Both the position numbers and the translations under genes were made by a program. DNA of 64,000 nt, from the IMG/VR virus record IMGVR_UViG_3300042545_001134, positions 1 to 64,000 of that record. One strand, 5' to 3'. The notes beneath the pieces were generated by a model. It searched no databases and was not told the origin of the DNA. It saw only the letters and a program-made list of their open reading frames with translations. Shown piece by piece: positions 18,843-29,042 of this stretch. How positions within the stretch are numbered: the first letter of the stretch is position 1; every line of letters starts with the position of its first letter.

Positions 18843-19040
18843 AACCTCAGCTTCAGGTATTTCCCTTAAAAATAATAATAAAACATCACCTCCTTGGTGA
18901 TTGTTTTGTTTTAGGACCATATCACAATACCAATAGTCTCTAACAGTCGTTATACCTTCCGGTTTTATTTGAGATTCTTTAACTTTTCTATAGACCCAAA
19001 ATAATCGACCTTGGTAATTTAATAATTCTTTTTTTAACAT
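18816..19040 (-). CDS. Hypothetical protein
   Basis: Coupled to the upstream nuclease gene. Confidence 0.6.
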   Translation of the reverse strand: MLKKELLNYQGRLFWVYRKVKESQIKPEGITTVRDYWYCDMVLKQNNHQGGDVLLLFLREIPEAEVLETFPNVT

Positions 19041-19645
19041 TAATGTTTACATGTTGATGACTTGTGTTGTTCCCATTTAGTTGTGGGTTTTTCATTGGCG
19101 AAATAATAACACTCCGTCTTTTTAGATTTGTCCCAAGTAATAAACATATGAAACCCGTCAGGAACTGTTGCACCTGTAGGTAATTTTACACTTTTTATTG
19201 AGTAATCTAAAATTATCTTAACTGTTATTGGTTCAGTATCATCCCATTTTCTAACTTGGTCTTCTAATATTCTCCACTCACCTCTATTAAGGTATTGGTT
19301 TTGTAGTGCGCAATTCAAATAAGAGAACGTCTGTTTAAGATTTTCCATATTATCTGAGAACGCGGCTGCCGGTGCTAAATGTCCTTTATCGTATAAATTT
19401 GTGGCGTAATCCGCAGCATCTGATGTGTGGATTGTCTTTTCAGTATAGAAATCCATAGAACCTCTATTAACGGTTGTTGGTCTATTTGTTGAGTGATAAA
19501 TCAACCATAAAGGTTGTTCTAACTTCTGAGAGTATGATACTTCAAATACTTTATTTTTAACGTGAACAACATCTTTTATCGGTAGGAATGATGACGCTAA
19601 TAGAGTTAGTAGGGTTAGATTAACTATTAAAAGGAATTTTTTCAT
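19040..19645 (-). CDS. DNA/RNA non-specific endonuclease (NucA/EndA type), secreted
   Basis: YDKGHLAPAA, LNCALQ..LNRGEW..LE; signal peptide. Confidence 0.9.
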   Translation of the reverse strand: MKKFLLIVNLTLLTLLASSFLPIKDVVHVKNKVFEVSYSQKLEQPLWLIYHSTNRPTTVNRGSMDFYTEKTIHTSDAADYATNLYDKGHLAPAAAFSDNMENLKQTFSYLNCALQNQYLNRGEWRILEDQVRKWDDTEPITVKIILDYSIKSVKLPTGATVPDGFHMFITWDKSKKTECYYFANEKPTTKWEQHKSSTCKH

Positions 19646-20195
19646 GGGTGTTGTTTTTTATATAGTTAAATATGTCATCTGAGGTATTGGGACCTACAGA
19701 GAATTCAACAAATGGTATGTTATGGGTTATTAGTTTATTCTTAATGTCTTCATCAATCTGTTTTGATTCGTTAAGATTTTGAAATCTACCATTCTCATCA
19801 TACGTTGAATCGTCTCTTTTTAATAGGATGTTTAGATTATTATACTTTTTGAATAGACCTAAAACAAAAAAATCAAACGAATCATCATAAAAAGATGCGG
19901 GATATGATGGTTCCGAATCGTATCGGTCCTTATAGACCATACCTAAAATTATGGGAGAATCAACAATTATGTGTTGAACTTTACCATACAATCTACTGAT
20001 ATTCCTGTGTTGGTTTGCGGTGATATAAAATTGGTCCTTAATTGCGGAATAATTTTCCTCCCACGCAACTATTTTAGGAAACTCAAAGGTTAATTCAACA
20101 TCCATGTGGGTTTTCTTCATTAGGGTAAACAATTGGGCACTTTGGGTTGATTTACCAATACCGGGGCCGCCAAAAAAATTAATTATTAAACTCAT
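19620..20195 (-). CDS. P-loop nucleotide kinase/ATPase (AAA_28/NadR-like)
   Basis: GGPGIGKST, IIVDSP. Confidence 0.75.
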   Translation of the reverse strand: MSLIINFFGGPGIGKSTQSAQLFTLMKKTHMDVELTFEFPKIVAWEENYSAIKDQFYITANQHRNISRLYGKVQHIIVDSPIILGMVYKDRYDSEPSYPASFYDDSFDFFVLGLFKKYNNLNILLKRDDSTYDENGRFQNLNESKQIDEDIKNKLITHNIPFVEFSVGPNTSDDIFNYIKNNTHEKIPFNS

Positions 20196-20287
20196 GTTGA
20201 AAATATAAGAATTTTTAAGATAAAGGTCAAGACCTAATACAATTTGGGGATAACGTTATATTTATTGTAATAAATAAAAAACATAAT

Positions 20288-20614
20288 ATGGATTCACAGT
20301 CATTCTATACTGTTTTAATAACAGCAGTTACAGTTTTAGGTTCCGCAAGTGCTTGGAGATTCTACGAAAAAAGAGCCATGAGAAAAGAGAGGTCAGAAGA
20401 TTATATGAAAGATGAATGTCGAGAAAGGATAGCAAAATTGGAAGTCTTGTTGGAAAGGTCTTCAATAGAAAAGGATGACATGCGTTCAAAAATATTAGAC
20501 CTTACTCGTGAAGTGGCCGAACTTAGGGTAAAAGTGGAATTCTTAGAAGACAAGAACATAGAATTAAAAAAAAGTGTAACACCTAAAACAACAAGAACTA
20601 AAAAAACACAATAA
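20288..20614 (+). CDS. TM + coiled-coil protein
   Basis: N-terminal hydrophobic helix then heptads. Confidence 0.65.
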   Translation: MDSQSFYTVLITAVTVLGSASAWRFYEKRAMRKERSEDYMKDECRERIAKLEVLLERSSIEKDDMRSKILDLTREVAELRVKVEFLEDKNIELKKSVTPKTTRTKKTQ

Positions 20615-21000
20615 TGAAAAAATACGTATTAACAGAATCACAATTTAAATCCTTAATGGATAAAGTAATCACCGAAGAAAGTGGTAAGGGTAAGGGATAT
20701 GGTTGTCCTCGTTCGGGTACACTTGGTCAATGTCTACAAAAATCAGGAATTAAAGGTAAACCAATGTTCAAATTAGAAGGTCCAACCCAATTATTCTCTA
20801 TGTTATATCAAGTAATGGCTGGAGATACATGGAACGGAATTATGAATACCGTATTAGGATTGGATGGATTTTATGGTAAGGATGTAAAGAGTTATGAAAG
20901 ATACTCAAATATCAATTTAAGTATGAATCCAGGTCTTGGTGGTAAAAAAGAATCAATTCAACAAGGATACGTTTTACATTTAGAAGGTCCTTACGATTAA
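20614..21000 (+). CDS. Protein with LTESQ leader
   Basis: MKKYVLTESQFKSLMDKVITEE. Confidence 0.65.
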   Translation: MKKYVLTESQFKSLMDKVITEESGKGKGYGCPRSGTLGQCLQKSGIKGKPMFKLEGPTQLFSMLYQVMAGDTWNGIMNTVLGLDGFYGKDVKSYERYSNINLSMNPGLGGKKESIQQGYVLHLEGPYD

Positions 21001-21563
21001 GAATCTTTTGTCAATTGGTCAAAAACCTCAATAATGTGGGTTAAACCATCATAAGAAAAACATTCAGAGTAACCCGAAAAGTTCTCTAAGAGGGGTCGAT
21101 ATTTTTTGACTCCTCTTTTTTTTGCTAATCGGTCTTTAATCTTCCCCTCCAACTTTTCAGCATCCTTAGTGTCGATTCTTCTCAGTATGGTTTGAAGTAC
21201 ATATCCTTCATATCCGTAGTCTTTACTAAATCTACGCATGATAAACTTCTTAGAAGTTATCCCCACTTTTACAAATGTATTACCCGTACTCTCCTCTTTC
21301 ATCAATATAAGGTATAAAGATTTAGGTAACTCTTTGATTTTCTTTTGTTTATCCTTAGTATGTTTTGATAATTTCTTAAAAACATATGTTTTTGCATCTT
21401 CCAAACTATTGAAGTCTTTCACGTCCCTATAAGGGTTGGGTAAATACTTCTTAAATCGTTGAGAATAAAGGAGTTTACCACTATCTACGGTATATATTTT
21501 TTTGGTCCCTGACTTCTTTTCGTAGAAGGAGTAAAATCCCATTTTAAGTATCGGCTCGGCCAT
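20997..21563 (-). CDS. GIY-YIG/T5orf172-like nuclease-domain protein
   Basis: LYLILM..FVKVGIT..RRF..GYSECF. Confidence 0.6.
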   Translation of the reverse strand: MAEPILKMGFYSFYEKKSGTKKIYTVDSGKLLYSQRFKKYLPNPYRDVKDFNSLEDAKTYVFKKLSKHTKDKQKKIKELPKSLYLILMKEESTGNTFVKVGITSKKFIMRRFSKDYGYEGYVLQTILRRIDTKDAEKLEGKIKDRLAKKRGVKKYRPLLENFSGYSECFSYDGLTHIIEVFDQLTKDS

Positions 21564-21652
21564 GTTGAATTACTTTCCTAATACATATTCGTAGTTTTAT
21601 TTTGTATATCCCAATTTTTTTATATCTTTGCGACAGTTAAAACCAAAAATAA

Positions 21653-21985
21653 ATGGAAAACATAAAAAAGTGTACCGGTTGTAGAAATGAACAACCACTG
21701 AGTAATTTTTACAAAAACAAGTTAGTTCACGATGGTCACAGTAACTATTGTGTTGAATGTACTCGTGTTAATTCTAAGAAGTATTTCCAAAGAAAAAAGG
21801 AAAAAGTGGTTAGGGTTGAAAATGACAATTTAATGAAGATGGTTCTTTTATCTAATAACGATTCTAACAACGCAGATAACCTTATGAAGGTCATGATGAT
21901 TGAAAAGATGTGTAAGACCATTTTAGATGAAGTTGAACACTTAAAGAGAGGTTTCGTTAAGACTGAGTCGGAAGTAGTAAGATAA
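21653..21985 (+). CDS. Zinc-finger protein (HNH-associated type)
   Basis: KKCTGC..FYKNK..DGHSNYCVEC. Confidence 0.7.
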   Translation: MENIKKCTGCRNEQPLSNFYKNKLVHDGHSNYCVECTRVNSKKYFQRKKEKVVRVENDNLMKMVLLSNNDSNNADNLMKVMMIEKMCKTILDEVEHLKRGFVKTESEVVR

Positions 21986-22035
21986 TGTGCACAAACCTAT
22001 GTTTATAGGTATTTATTGTATATATTAATTTTACT

Positions 22036-23559
22036 ATGAAGTTCAACGAAATTATAACAAATGTCATTTATGAAGAGATAAAGAATAAAAAACTCTTCAA
22101 CGCATTAATGGACAAGTGGAAGATGGAAAAACCTAACCTATCTCCAGATGAGGCGGAAACGTTAATCACCTCTTTCCAACGAATCCAAAATGGTTTAAAA
22201 CCAGAAAAACCACAAGTCTTTTCATTCCTAAGCAGGTTCGATGGAGAACAAGGTTTTGAAAGATTCGACCCCAATAATCTAAAGGATATTACAAAGTATA
22301 GTTACCAACAAATATTATTTTTAGTTGGTGAATATGATGATGCTGAGGAAGAAGTTCAAGGTGATGTATTTGTCGGTAAGGACACTAAACCAACCGAAGA
22401 AAGGATTGCAGCATCTAAAGAACTATGGAGTGGAGAAGAAAACCTAATCATAAACGAGGACGGATTAAGAGTATACAGTATACCTGACCAAAAAACCTCC
22501 ATGAAATATGGTTATTATGTTCAAGTAATAAACAAGGCCATACCAAATAGTAACGGTCCTTGGTGTGTAACGTGGAGAGCCGACCAAGGAACAAACATGT
22601 GGGGTAATTATCGAAACAATAGAAGTTTTTATTTCGTTATTGACGAATCAAAAGATACCACAGATAAATACTATTTGGGGGCACTACAAAGAGATGTTAC
22701 AGTTAAATCGGATTTTAGATTAACCTCAACACAAAATAACGGGGATAATCCAATGACTTGGGAGGAAATTGTTCAAATTTACCCTAAACTTGATAACCAC
22801 AAAGATAAGATTGTTGTAAAACCTTACTCTCAAAATGAATTAGAGGAAAAAAGTATAGTGGGTCAGATTACCGAGAGAGTAGGTCATCAATATGAATTTA
22901 AAAGACTTGGTAAAGACCTTAAAAGGGCATACATCAATAACCAAGGTGTACTTAGTAGTCCAGAATCTTGGAGGTCGATGGATGATAAACTAAGAGCGCT
23001 TTATATTTTATCAACAACTGAGTATCAAGTAAAAGATAAGTTTAATAACTTTGATTTTGTTAATGAAATTAGGAAAGTTGGTAGTGAATTTAACCTTTTA
23101 AATAATCGTTTAAAACAAGTAGGTTTAAGTGGTGTTGGTGTTATATATGACCATTTAATGGCCACTGAATTCAGAGTTGCGAGAGTGTCGGCTGACAATG
23201 AAAACATCAGATTATATGAAAGTAAAATCAACGGTAAATCGGGATTATACAACGTAAGAGCAACCGATTGGGTTGAATTGGGGGGACACAGATACGAACC
23301 ATTATACGAACAAATCGATACTGATTTATTCTTTGATGATGAGGGAGAAACGTATGTTGTTGAGACATTCAGTAAATCAATGCAACCATCTAATGATTCC
23401 TTTTATTCTGTTTATTCAGTGGGTGATTCAAATCCCGAATTAAATTCACATTTCCTATCCTCAACGGCGTGGGAAAAATTAAAAAGTAATTTAAAATCTG
23501 AAGACGAAGATGTCTCTAAGAAACCCGGTGAAGAAACCGATATAAAAGAATACAAATAA
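22036..23559 (+). CDS. Putative virion protein with PcfJ-like WCVT domain
   Basis: GPWCVTW..FYFVID; IYEE leader. Confidence 0.55.
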   Translation: MKFNEIITNVIYEEIKNKKLFNALMDKWKMEKPNLSPDEAETLITSFQRIQNGLKPEKPQVFSFLSRFDGEQGFERFDPNNLKDITKYSYQQILFLVGEYDDAEEEVQGDVFVGKDTKPTEERIAASKELWSGEENLIINEDGLRVYSIPDQKTSMKYGYYVQVINKAIPNSNGPWCVTWRADQGTNMWGNYRNNRSFYFVIDESKDTTDKYYLGALQRDVTVKSDFRLTSTQNNGDNPMTWEEIVQIYPKLDNHKDKIVVKPYSQNELEEKSIVGQITERVGHQYEFKRLGKDLKRAYINNQGVLSSPESWRSMDDKLRALYILSTTEYQVKDKFNNFDFVNEIRKVGSEFNLLNNRLKQVGLSGVGVIYDHLMATEFRVARVSADNENIRLYESKINGKSGLYNVRATDWVELGGHRYEPLYEQIDTDLFFDDEGETYVVETFSKSMQPSNDSFYSVYSVGDSNPELNSHFLSSTAWEKLKSNLKSEDEDVSKKPGEETDIKEYK

Positions 23560-23585
23560 AAAAGGGGGTTTAAAACCCCCTTTTT

Positions 23586-24425
23586 TTATGATAATAATGA
23601 ATAATATTCTTTAAAGTGTTTAATTCTATCGGCTAATCCGATTGTTCCACCATTTACTCTTTTTGTAATTTGAGTTACAACTTGGTCACTTGAACCTGTG
23701 TCTGCAATTTTGTGTAAACCATTCTTACTGAAGAACCATGCGGCAGATAACAACGCATAATTAGATGCGACCTTATCAGGGTTTGAACAAATGTCTTCAT
23801 TAATTGATTTACCAAATGCGGTATAGTTTTCTTTACCTGTCAATTGGATGTATCCACGACCACGAAATTTAAAACCTTCTTTTGTTGCTTCCGCACCGTT
23901 ACCCATTCTACCACCATAGACTCTTGACGCAATTGCTTCAGGTTTTCTTTGGTATTGATTGGCAAGTGCTTCTGTTGGGAAATACTTTTTAAAGATACCC
24001 ATTAGACCTTTTGCTGAGTAATTCAAGTTTTCTTGAGTTGCCTTAAATCCACCACTTTCGTGACCACATTGAGCCAAGAAATGTGCAAGTCTTAATGGTG
24101 TGTTAATTCCAAATTTTGCCGCAGTATCGGGAATCATCGCGATAACCGCTTCGGGAATGTGACCTCTTAATTTCTCTAATTTAAGACCTGTACCATTAGG
24201 TACCGGTGCTGGTTCAGTGATTACACCTACAGGTGTGGTACTTTCCCCGAACATTTTTGCCCAAGTTCCATCCCCAACAAGACCGTCAGGTGTTAAATCA
24301 TGTTCTATTTGCCATTTTTTTACTTCTTTTTCTGTACCGGGACCGAACACACCGTCAGCACCCAATCCCAATTTTGATTGGAGTTTTTTTACATCATCTC
24401 CTCTTGAACCTACTTTTAATAACAT
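23586..24425 (-). CDS. Endolysin: peptidoglycan-binding domain + glycoside hydrolase family 19
   Basis: LKVGSRGDDVKKLQ..DGVFGPGT; HFLAQCGHESG; FRGRGYIQLTG; INGG-like VNGGTIGLADR. Confidence 0.92.
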   Translation of the reverse strand: MLLKVGSRGDDVKKLQSKLGLGADGVFGPGTEKEVKKWQIEHDLTPDGLVGDGTWAKMFGESTTPVGVITEPAPVPNGTGLKLEKLRGHIPEAVIAMIPDTAAKFGINTPLRLAHFLAQCGHESGGFKATQENLNYSAKGLMGIFKKYFPTEALANQYQRKPEAIASRVYGGRMGNGAEATKEGFKFRGRGYIQLTGKENYTAFGKSINEDICSNPDKVASNYALLSAAWFFSKNGLHKIADTGSSDQVVTQITKRVNGGTIGLADRIKHFKEYYSLLS

Positions 24426-24540
24426 AGTTTTAGTTTTATCTGTTTTATTTAACTATAAATACTATAAAAATATTTAAACATTTTTTGGAATATTCGAAAA
24501 TAGTATTATCTTTGTTTCATCAATAACTAAAATTTACATT

Positions 24541-25086
24541 ATGAAACGTTTAATTTTAATCTTGCTATTAGTCCCTTCATTAGGGTTTTCACAGACTGTA
24601 GTTAACAATGACTCATTGTTATATCATTTTAAACATATCTTAAATAACTATCGTAAATCCTACGGATTGAACCCTCTTGAGGTCGATGGAGTAATGAAAT
24701 CATTTACCGATAAATGGTCAAAACAAATGTCATTAACCAATTTGGTTGGTCACGGTAGTGGGGATAATTCATTTCAAAAAAGAATTGAAACGTGTGGTTG
24801 TTTCCCACCCGCAACGTTTTGTCTTGAAAACTGTACTGAGATTTACACACCGGACGTAAATACAAATGACCCAGTTTCATGTCCGGTTAAAAACATCGAA
24901 CCGTACATTAAAAAGACGTTTTCGGGTAATATCACCCAATATGAGTTGGCATATTTTGCATTTTTAAACTTTAAAAATTCACCACCACACAACGCGGGAA
25001 TGTTAAATAAGGATACCAAATATTTCTATATTTCGGGCAGTAGAAAGAATGGGTCAACATTTATTGCATATATTGGGAGGAGTTAA
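24541..25086 (+). CDS. Secreted CAP/SCP-domain protein
   Basis: LNNYRKSYGLNPL..SPPHNAGML. Confidence 0.75.
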   Translation: MKRLILILLLVPSLGFSQTVVNNDSLLYHFKHILNNYRKSYGLNPLEVDGVMKSFTDKWSKQMSLTNLVGHGSGDNSFQKRIETCGCFPPATFCLENCTEIYTPDVNTNDPVSCPVKNIEPYIKKTFSGNITQYELAYFAFLNFKNSPPHNAGMLNKDTKYFYISGSRKNGSTFIAYIGRS

Positions 25087-25104
25087 TCTATTTATAAACG
25101 TAAT

Positions 25105-25650
25105 ATGAAGTTAAAGGTAGTCTTATTTGTTTTTATGGTGGTATCGATTACATCATACGGTCAAACTGTTGTTAATAACGACTCTGTATTATATTACTTC
25201 AAAACAATACTAAATGATTATAGAATGGTTAATGGTTTAAAACCTTTGACCATTGATAAGAAAATAAAACCGTTTACAAAATCATGGGCCGAACACATGT
25301 CATCAGTGAATAAAGTTTATCACGGTATTGACAGTACTGGTTTTTCTTTTAGGGCTCAAAAATATTTCGGTAGTGACACTTATTGTGTTGAGACATGTTG
25401 TACTATAACCACACCGAAAGTTTTAAGTGATGGATATATTACCTGTCCGATAAGGGAATTAATCCCATTATTAAGAAAATCATATGATGGGACCGCAACC
25501 CAAGAAGACTTTGCTTATTTTACATTTATTCTTTGGAGAACATCTCCAGACCATAATGAGGCATTACTTGACCCGAACATTAAAAAATTCTATTTAAGTT
25601 CATCCCCATCAAAAGATGTCACATATATGGAATTTGTTGGGACAAATTAA
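25105..25650 (+). CDS. Secreted CAP/SCP-domain protein (paralog)
   Basis: LNDYRMVNGLKPL..WRTSPDHNEALL. Confidence 0.75.
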   Translation: MKLKVVLFVFMVVSITSYGQTVVNNDSVLYYFKTILNDYRMVNGLKPLTIDKKIKPFTKSWAEHMSSVNKVYHGIDSTGFSFRAQKYFGSDTYCVETCCTITTPKVLSDGYITCPIRELIPLLRKSYDGTATQEDFAYFTFILWRTSPDHNEALLDPNIKKFYLSSSPSKDVTYMEFVGTN

Positions 25651-25684
25651 TCAAATAAAGATATTTATAGTTTAAAGAAAAGTT

Positions 25685-26143
25685 ATGGCTAAGTTTATAT
25701 TCACAGAATCACAAATGAAAATAATAAAAACTCAGTTAAATGAGAGTAGAGAAGATACATACGATGTTGGTAAATGTGACATTAATCTTTATTATGGTGA
25801 ATTAACATATAAAGGACACGAGATTAACGACATCAGTGCTCCTGAAATTAGTTTTACATTTTATATTGATATGGATATTAAGAGTTATGGTATAAGAGGT
25901 ATTTCTCTTTATAATCCTGAAGGTCCTTCTGAAATTGAGTTGGAGGTTTCTTATTATACCGGTGAAGACGATGATGAGAGTGAAGACATAGTAACAATAC
26001 CATTAGATTGGGAAAATGTTAACGAAGATGATGGCGATAATGGGTGGATAGGTTATGAAAACCGAATCGAGATTAGATTAAAAAATGATGAAAGTGGTAA
26101 TATTGTTGTTGATTCGATGACCCTTTTCAAAAATAGTTTTTAA
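25685..26143 (+). CDS. Acidic protein with FTESQ leader
   Basis: MAKFIFTESQMK..LNES; TATTTATA at 25662. Confidence 0.7.
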   Translation: MAKFIFTESQMKIIKTQLNESREDTYDVGKCDINLYYGELTYKGHEINDISAPEISFTFYIDMDIKSYGIRGISLYNPEGPSEIELEVSYYTGEDDDESEDIVTIPLDWENVNEDDGDNGWIGYENRIEIRLKNDESGNIVVDSMTLFKNSF

Positions 26144-26297
26144 TACTTTACAGATTGTAAGGTTTTCACTTTACACTTTGTAAAATTTCCTTATACTTAT
26201 TATTAGACCTTGTGGTTGAATCGGAAGTGTCCCTGAGACATTTGAGTTGGAATTGATACCAACGAATTCGGGTTCAAATACAAAAAAATATAAGGAA

Positions 26298-27137
26298 ATG
26301 AATTACACAACCTCAAATAGGTATGTTGTACCTCAATCGTTTGTTACTAAGAGTAAACAAAGATTAAAACAGCACATTGACACCGTTTATCTTAACAACG
26401 GTGATGAGTTCGAAATCGAACTTTACAACCCAACATCAAATAAAGTTTTAGCTAAGATTGAACTGAATGGTAAATCCATCGGTAATGGTATTATACTTCG
26501 TCCTGGTGAGCGAGTATTCCTCGAAAGGTATATGGACGAGGCAAAGAAGTTTTTGTTCGAGACATACGTTGTAAATGGGAATAATCAAGAAGTTAAAGAT
26601 GCAATTGCCAACAATGGTGATGTGGTGGTTAAATTTTATGATGAAACCACATTTTTTAACTCAGGAACAAGTACATCAACAGTTGGTCTGTCTTACCCAT
26701 GGTGGACTACAACGGGTACCTCATTAAATTACCCACCGGGTGTTAGAACCTTTACCACGAGTAATCCTAATACATACTTTACAAATAGTTCAGGTATTAG
26801 CGGTGTATCCAATGGAACCATTACAACATCAAACTATAGTTATACGACTAACTCAATTGTTAATGATTCTAATGTGAATTACACTAAATCAAAAACGAGT
26901 GAAGTTAGACACGTTGAAACAGGTAGAGTTGAAAAAGGTTCTAATTCTGACCAATCATTTACATATGATAATACAAGTTTCAACTCGTATCCGTGTAAAA
27001 CCAATTGGTGGAAATTAAAACCATTAAGTACAAAAGTTCTTGTTAAAGAGGACTTGGTTGTCTATTGTTCCGAATGTGGTTCAAAGAGAAAAAAAGACAA
27101 CCATAAATTTTGTCCACAGTGCGGAACAAAATTCTAA
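26298..27137 (+). CDS. Hypothetical protein with C-terminal double zinc ribbon
   Basis: GRVEKGS; CSECG..FCPQCG. Confidence 0.75.
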   Translation: MNYTTSNRYVVPQSFVTKSKQRLKQHIDTVYLNNGDEFEIELYNPTSNKVLAKIELNGKSIGNGIILRPGERVFLERYMDEAKKFLFETYVVNGNNQEVKDAIANNGDVVVKFYDETTFFNSGTSTSTVGLSYPWWTTTGTSLNYPPGVRTFTTSNPNTYFTNSSGISGVSNGTITTSNYSYTTNSIVNDSNVNYTKSKTSEVRHVETGRVEKGSNSDQSFTYDNTSFNSYPCKTNWWKLKPLSTKVLVKEDLVVYCSECGSKRKKDNHKFCPQCGTKF

Positions 27138-27188
27138 AATAAACTAATCACAAGGTCTTTAAGGGGGGTTACATTTTGTAACCCTTTT

Positions 27189-27482
27189 TTATTTAAAAGA
27201 AATTGGAATTGTTTTAATATCTGATATACGAACATTTTTAAGTGCCAATGTTCCATGGGCGATTGGTGCAAACACACCTTGTTGATGTAGAAATTGAAAA
27301 TAATAATAAAGGTAACCCGGGTCAACTCTATCTTTAAATTCATCCATTATTTTAACACCAATGTTTTCTTCGTAGAAATCTTTGGTTGGTGTTCCTACAG
27401 TTTTTTCAGAACCTTTACGTTGTAACCAAAAATCCGCATCGGGGAAGTTGGTTTTAAAAATACAAATATCTCCTATAGTCAT
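27189..27482 (-). CDS. Small protein resembling a type I R-M specificity (HsdS) TRD fragment
   Basis: DPGYLYYYFQFL..GTLALKNVRISDIKTIPI. Confidence 0.5.
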   Translation of the reverse strand: MTIGDICIFKTNFPDADFWLQRKGSEKTVGTPTKDFYEENIGVKIMDEFKDRVDPGYLYYYFQFLHQQGVFAPIAHGTLALKNVRISDIKTIPISFK

Positions 27483-27485
27483 AAT

Positions 27486-29042
27486 TTAATTTATTTCGCT
27501 TAATCTATCATTTAGGTGTGAGTTAAAATCTTCATCGTCAATATCTGGTGACCACCTGTCATCTAAACTAAATTTTGGTTTATCATAATAACTTCCCAAC
27601 ATTTCATCGAATGCACAACTTGCACTTTCATCACATCTTTCCATTATTTCGTCAACCTCTTCTTCACCTAACCCCATATCACTAATCACCTTATTTAAAT
27701 CAATACGAATTGTTACCCCCTCGTCATTTAATTTAGTAACATCCCCGTATTCTTCTAAAGTACTACGTAGTTCCTTCATCGCATAATCGTAATATGAACT
27801 ATTCGCCGAATCAGAATATGCGGAACCTAATGAATTTTTAATTTCATAATCATTATCATACTCATCTATTAGAGACTCCAATGATTCCTCAGGGTCGTAA
27901 TCCTCACCCGCTCTTTGTTGGATTATGTTACGTATGGTCTGTGAGTTTTCTTCGTTTGTGTAATACTCCAATGCACCTTTCCAATCGTCGTGGTAACCTT
28001 CCATTAAATCCCATATATCTCCCGATAATAGAGTTTCAATATACGATGTTTTACCAGTGTTACCATTCTTATCTTTCCACTGTCTAACCGTCCAATCACC
28101 ATCAACGTAGTTACCAACATAGGTTGGTTCGATATCTAAATCAAAAACCATATCAATTTCTTGATACTGACTTGAATCTAAAATACCCATCTTAACTAAT
28201 TGTCTTTTTAGTTGTCTCGTGTTAAACAATTCGGGACGCGAATCATAAACTTTTTTAATATCTGACTCAGGTAAATCTGTTATTTTAAAATCGGTTGAAC
28301 TTTGATATTCGGAACCAAATCCTTGTATTGTTTCTTTATTGATAATTAAATCAACAATATATGGGTGAAACTCCTCTTTTGGTTTGGAGTTTTTTGTTCC
28401 CTTCATTTGGTAAATAATACCATCACTACTCCCCACCGCAGCAGTCAGGTGACTTTTATTGATTGTATATTGTTCGTTGATTCTTTTGGTTTCCCTTAAT
28501 GAGTAAATTGTGTTATCTGAACTTGTTCTACCGCAATGACCCATTCTATTACATTCCTCATCAGAATTATTTGTTTCGAGGTCAGACCAATAAAACCCAA
28601 TACCGTCTTTTCTATAGTCACGAAGAATTGTATTTTCCTCAATATAATTAATCGCCCCCGACCCCGTATCTAACGATTCGTGCCACTCTCTTGATTTTTT
28701 ATATAAATTACCAAAACCAACATTTTTATATTCATTAACGTTACCGTTTAGTCCAACACGAATCCAATCCATAATGGATACAATTTCACTTCTTCTTCCT
28801 CGTACACCCGAACCTTTATTGAAAACACCAATCGCCTCTTGTTTTGTGATGGGCTCTTCTTGCTCCATTGAACGAATTAGAACTGTATATTCAATTAATT
28901 TGTTACCTAACCATACAGATAGGGCACCCGATAATTTAGATAATAAATCGGCATTATCCTCACTGAAACCAAGTTTTTGGATAAGAACATCCTTCTTACT
29001 TGCCTCAATTATTAATTCTTCTATTAGGTTTATAATCTTCAT
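27486..29042 (-). CDS. Putative virion protein with PcfJ-like MGHCG domain
   Basis: EECNRMGHCG; LIIEA leader. Confidence 0.55.
   Translation of the reverse strand: MKIINLIEELIIEASKKDVLIQKLGFSEDNADLLSKLSGALSVWLGNKLIEYTVLIRSMEQEEPITKQEAIGVFNKGSGVRGRRSEIVSIMDWIRVGLNGNVNEYKNVGFGNLYKKSREWHESLDTGSGAINYIEENTILRDYRKDGIGFYWSDLETNNSDEECNRMGHCGRTSSDNTIYSLRETKRINEQYTINKSHLTAAVGSSDGIIYQMKGTKNSKPKEEFHPYIVDLIINKETIQGFGSEYQSSTDFKITDLPESDIKKVYDSRPELFNTRQLKRQLVKMGILDSSQYQEIDMVFDLDIEPTYVGNYVDGDWTVRQWKDKNGNTGKTSYIETLLSGDIWDLMEGYHDDWKGALEYYTNEENSQTIRNIIQQRAGEDYDPEESLESLIDEYDNDYEIKNSLGSAYSDSANSSYYDYAMKELRSTLEEYGDVTKLNDEGVTIRIDLNKVISDMGLGEEEVDEIMERCDESASCAFDEMLGSYYDKPKFSLDDRWSPDIDDEDFNSHLNDRLSEIN

Noticed and set aside
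26215-26285. TPP riboswitch, suggested by CTGAGA and ATACC
   Set aside because: The pyrophosphate-sensing GAACCTG/GCGTAGG-type elements are absent
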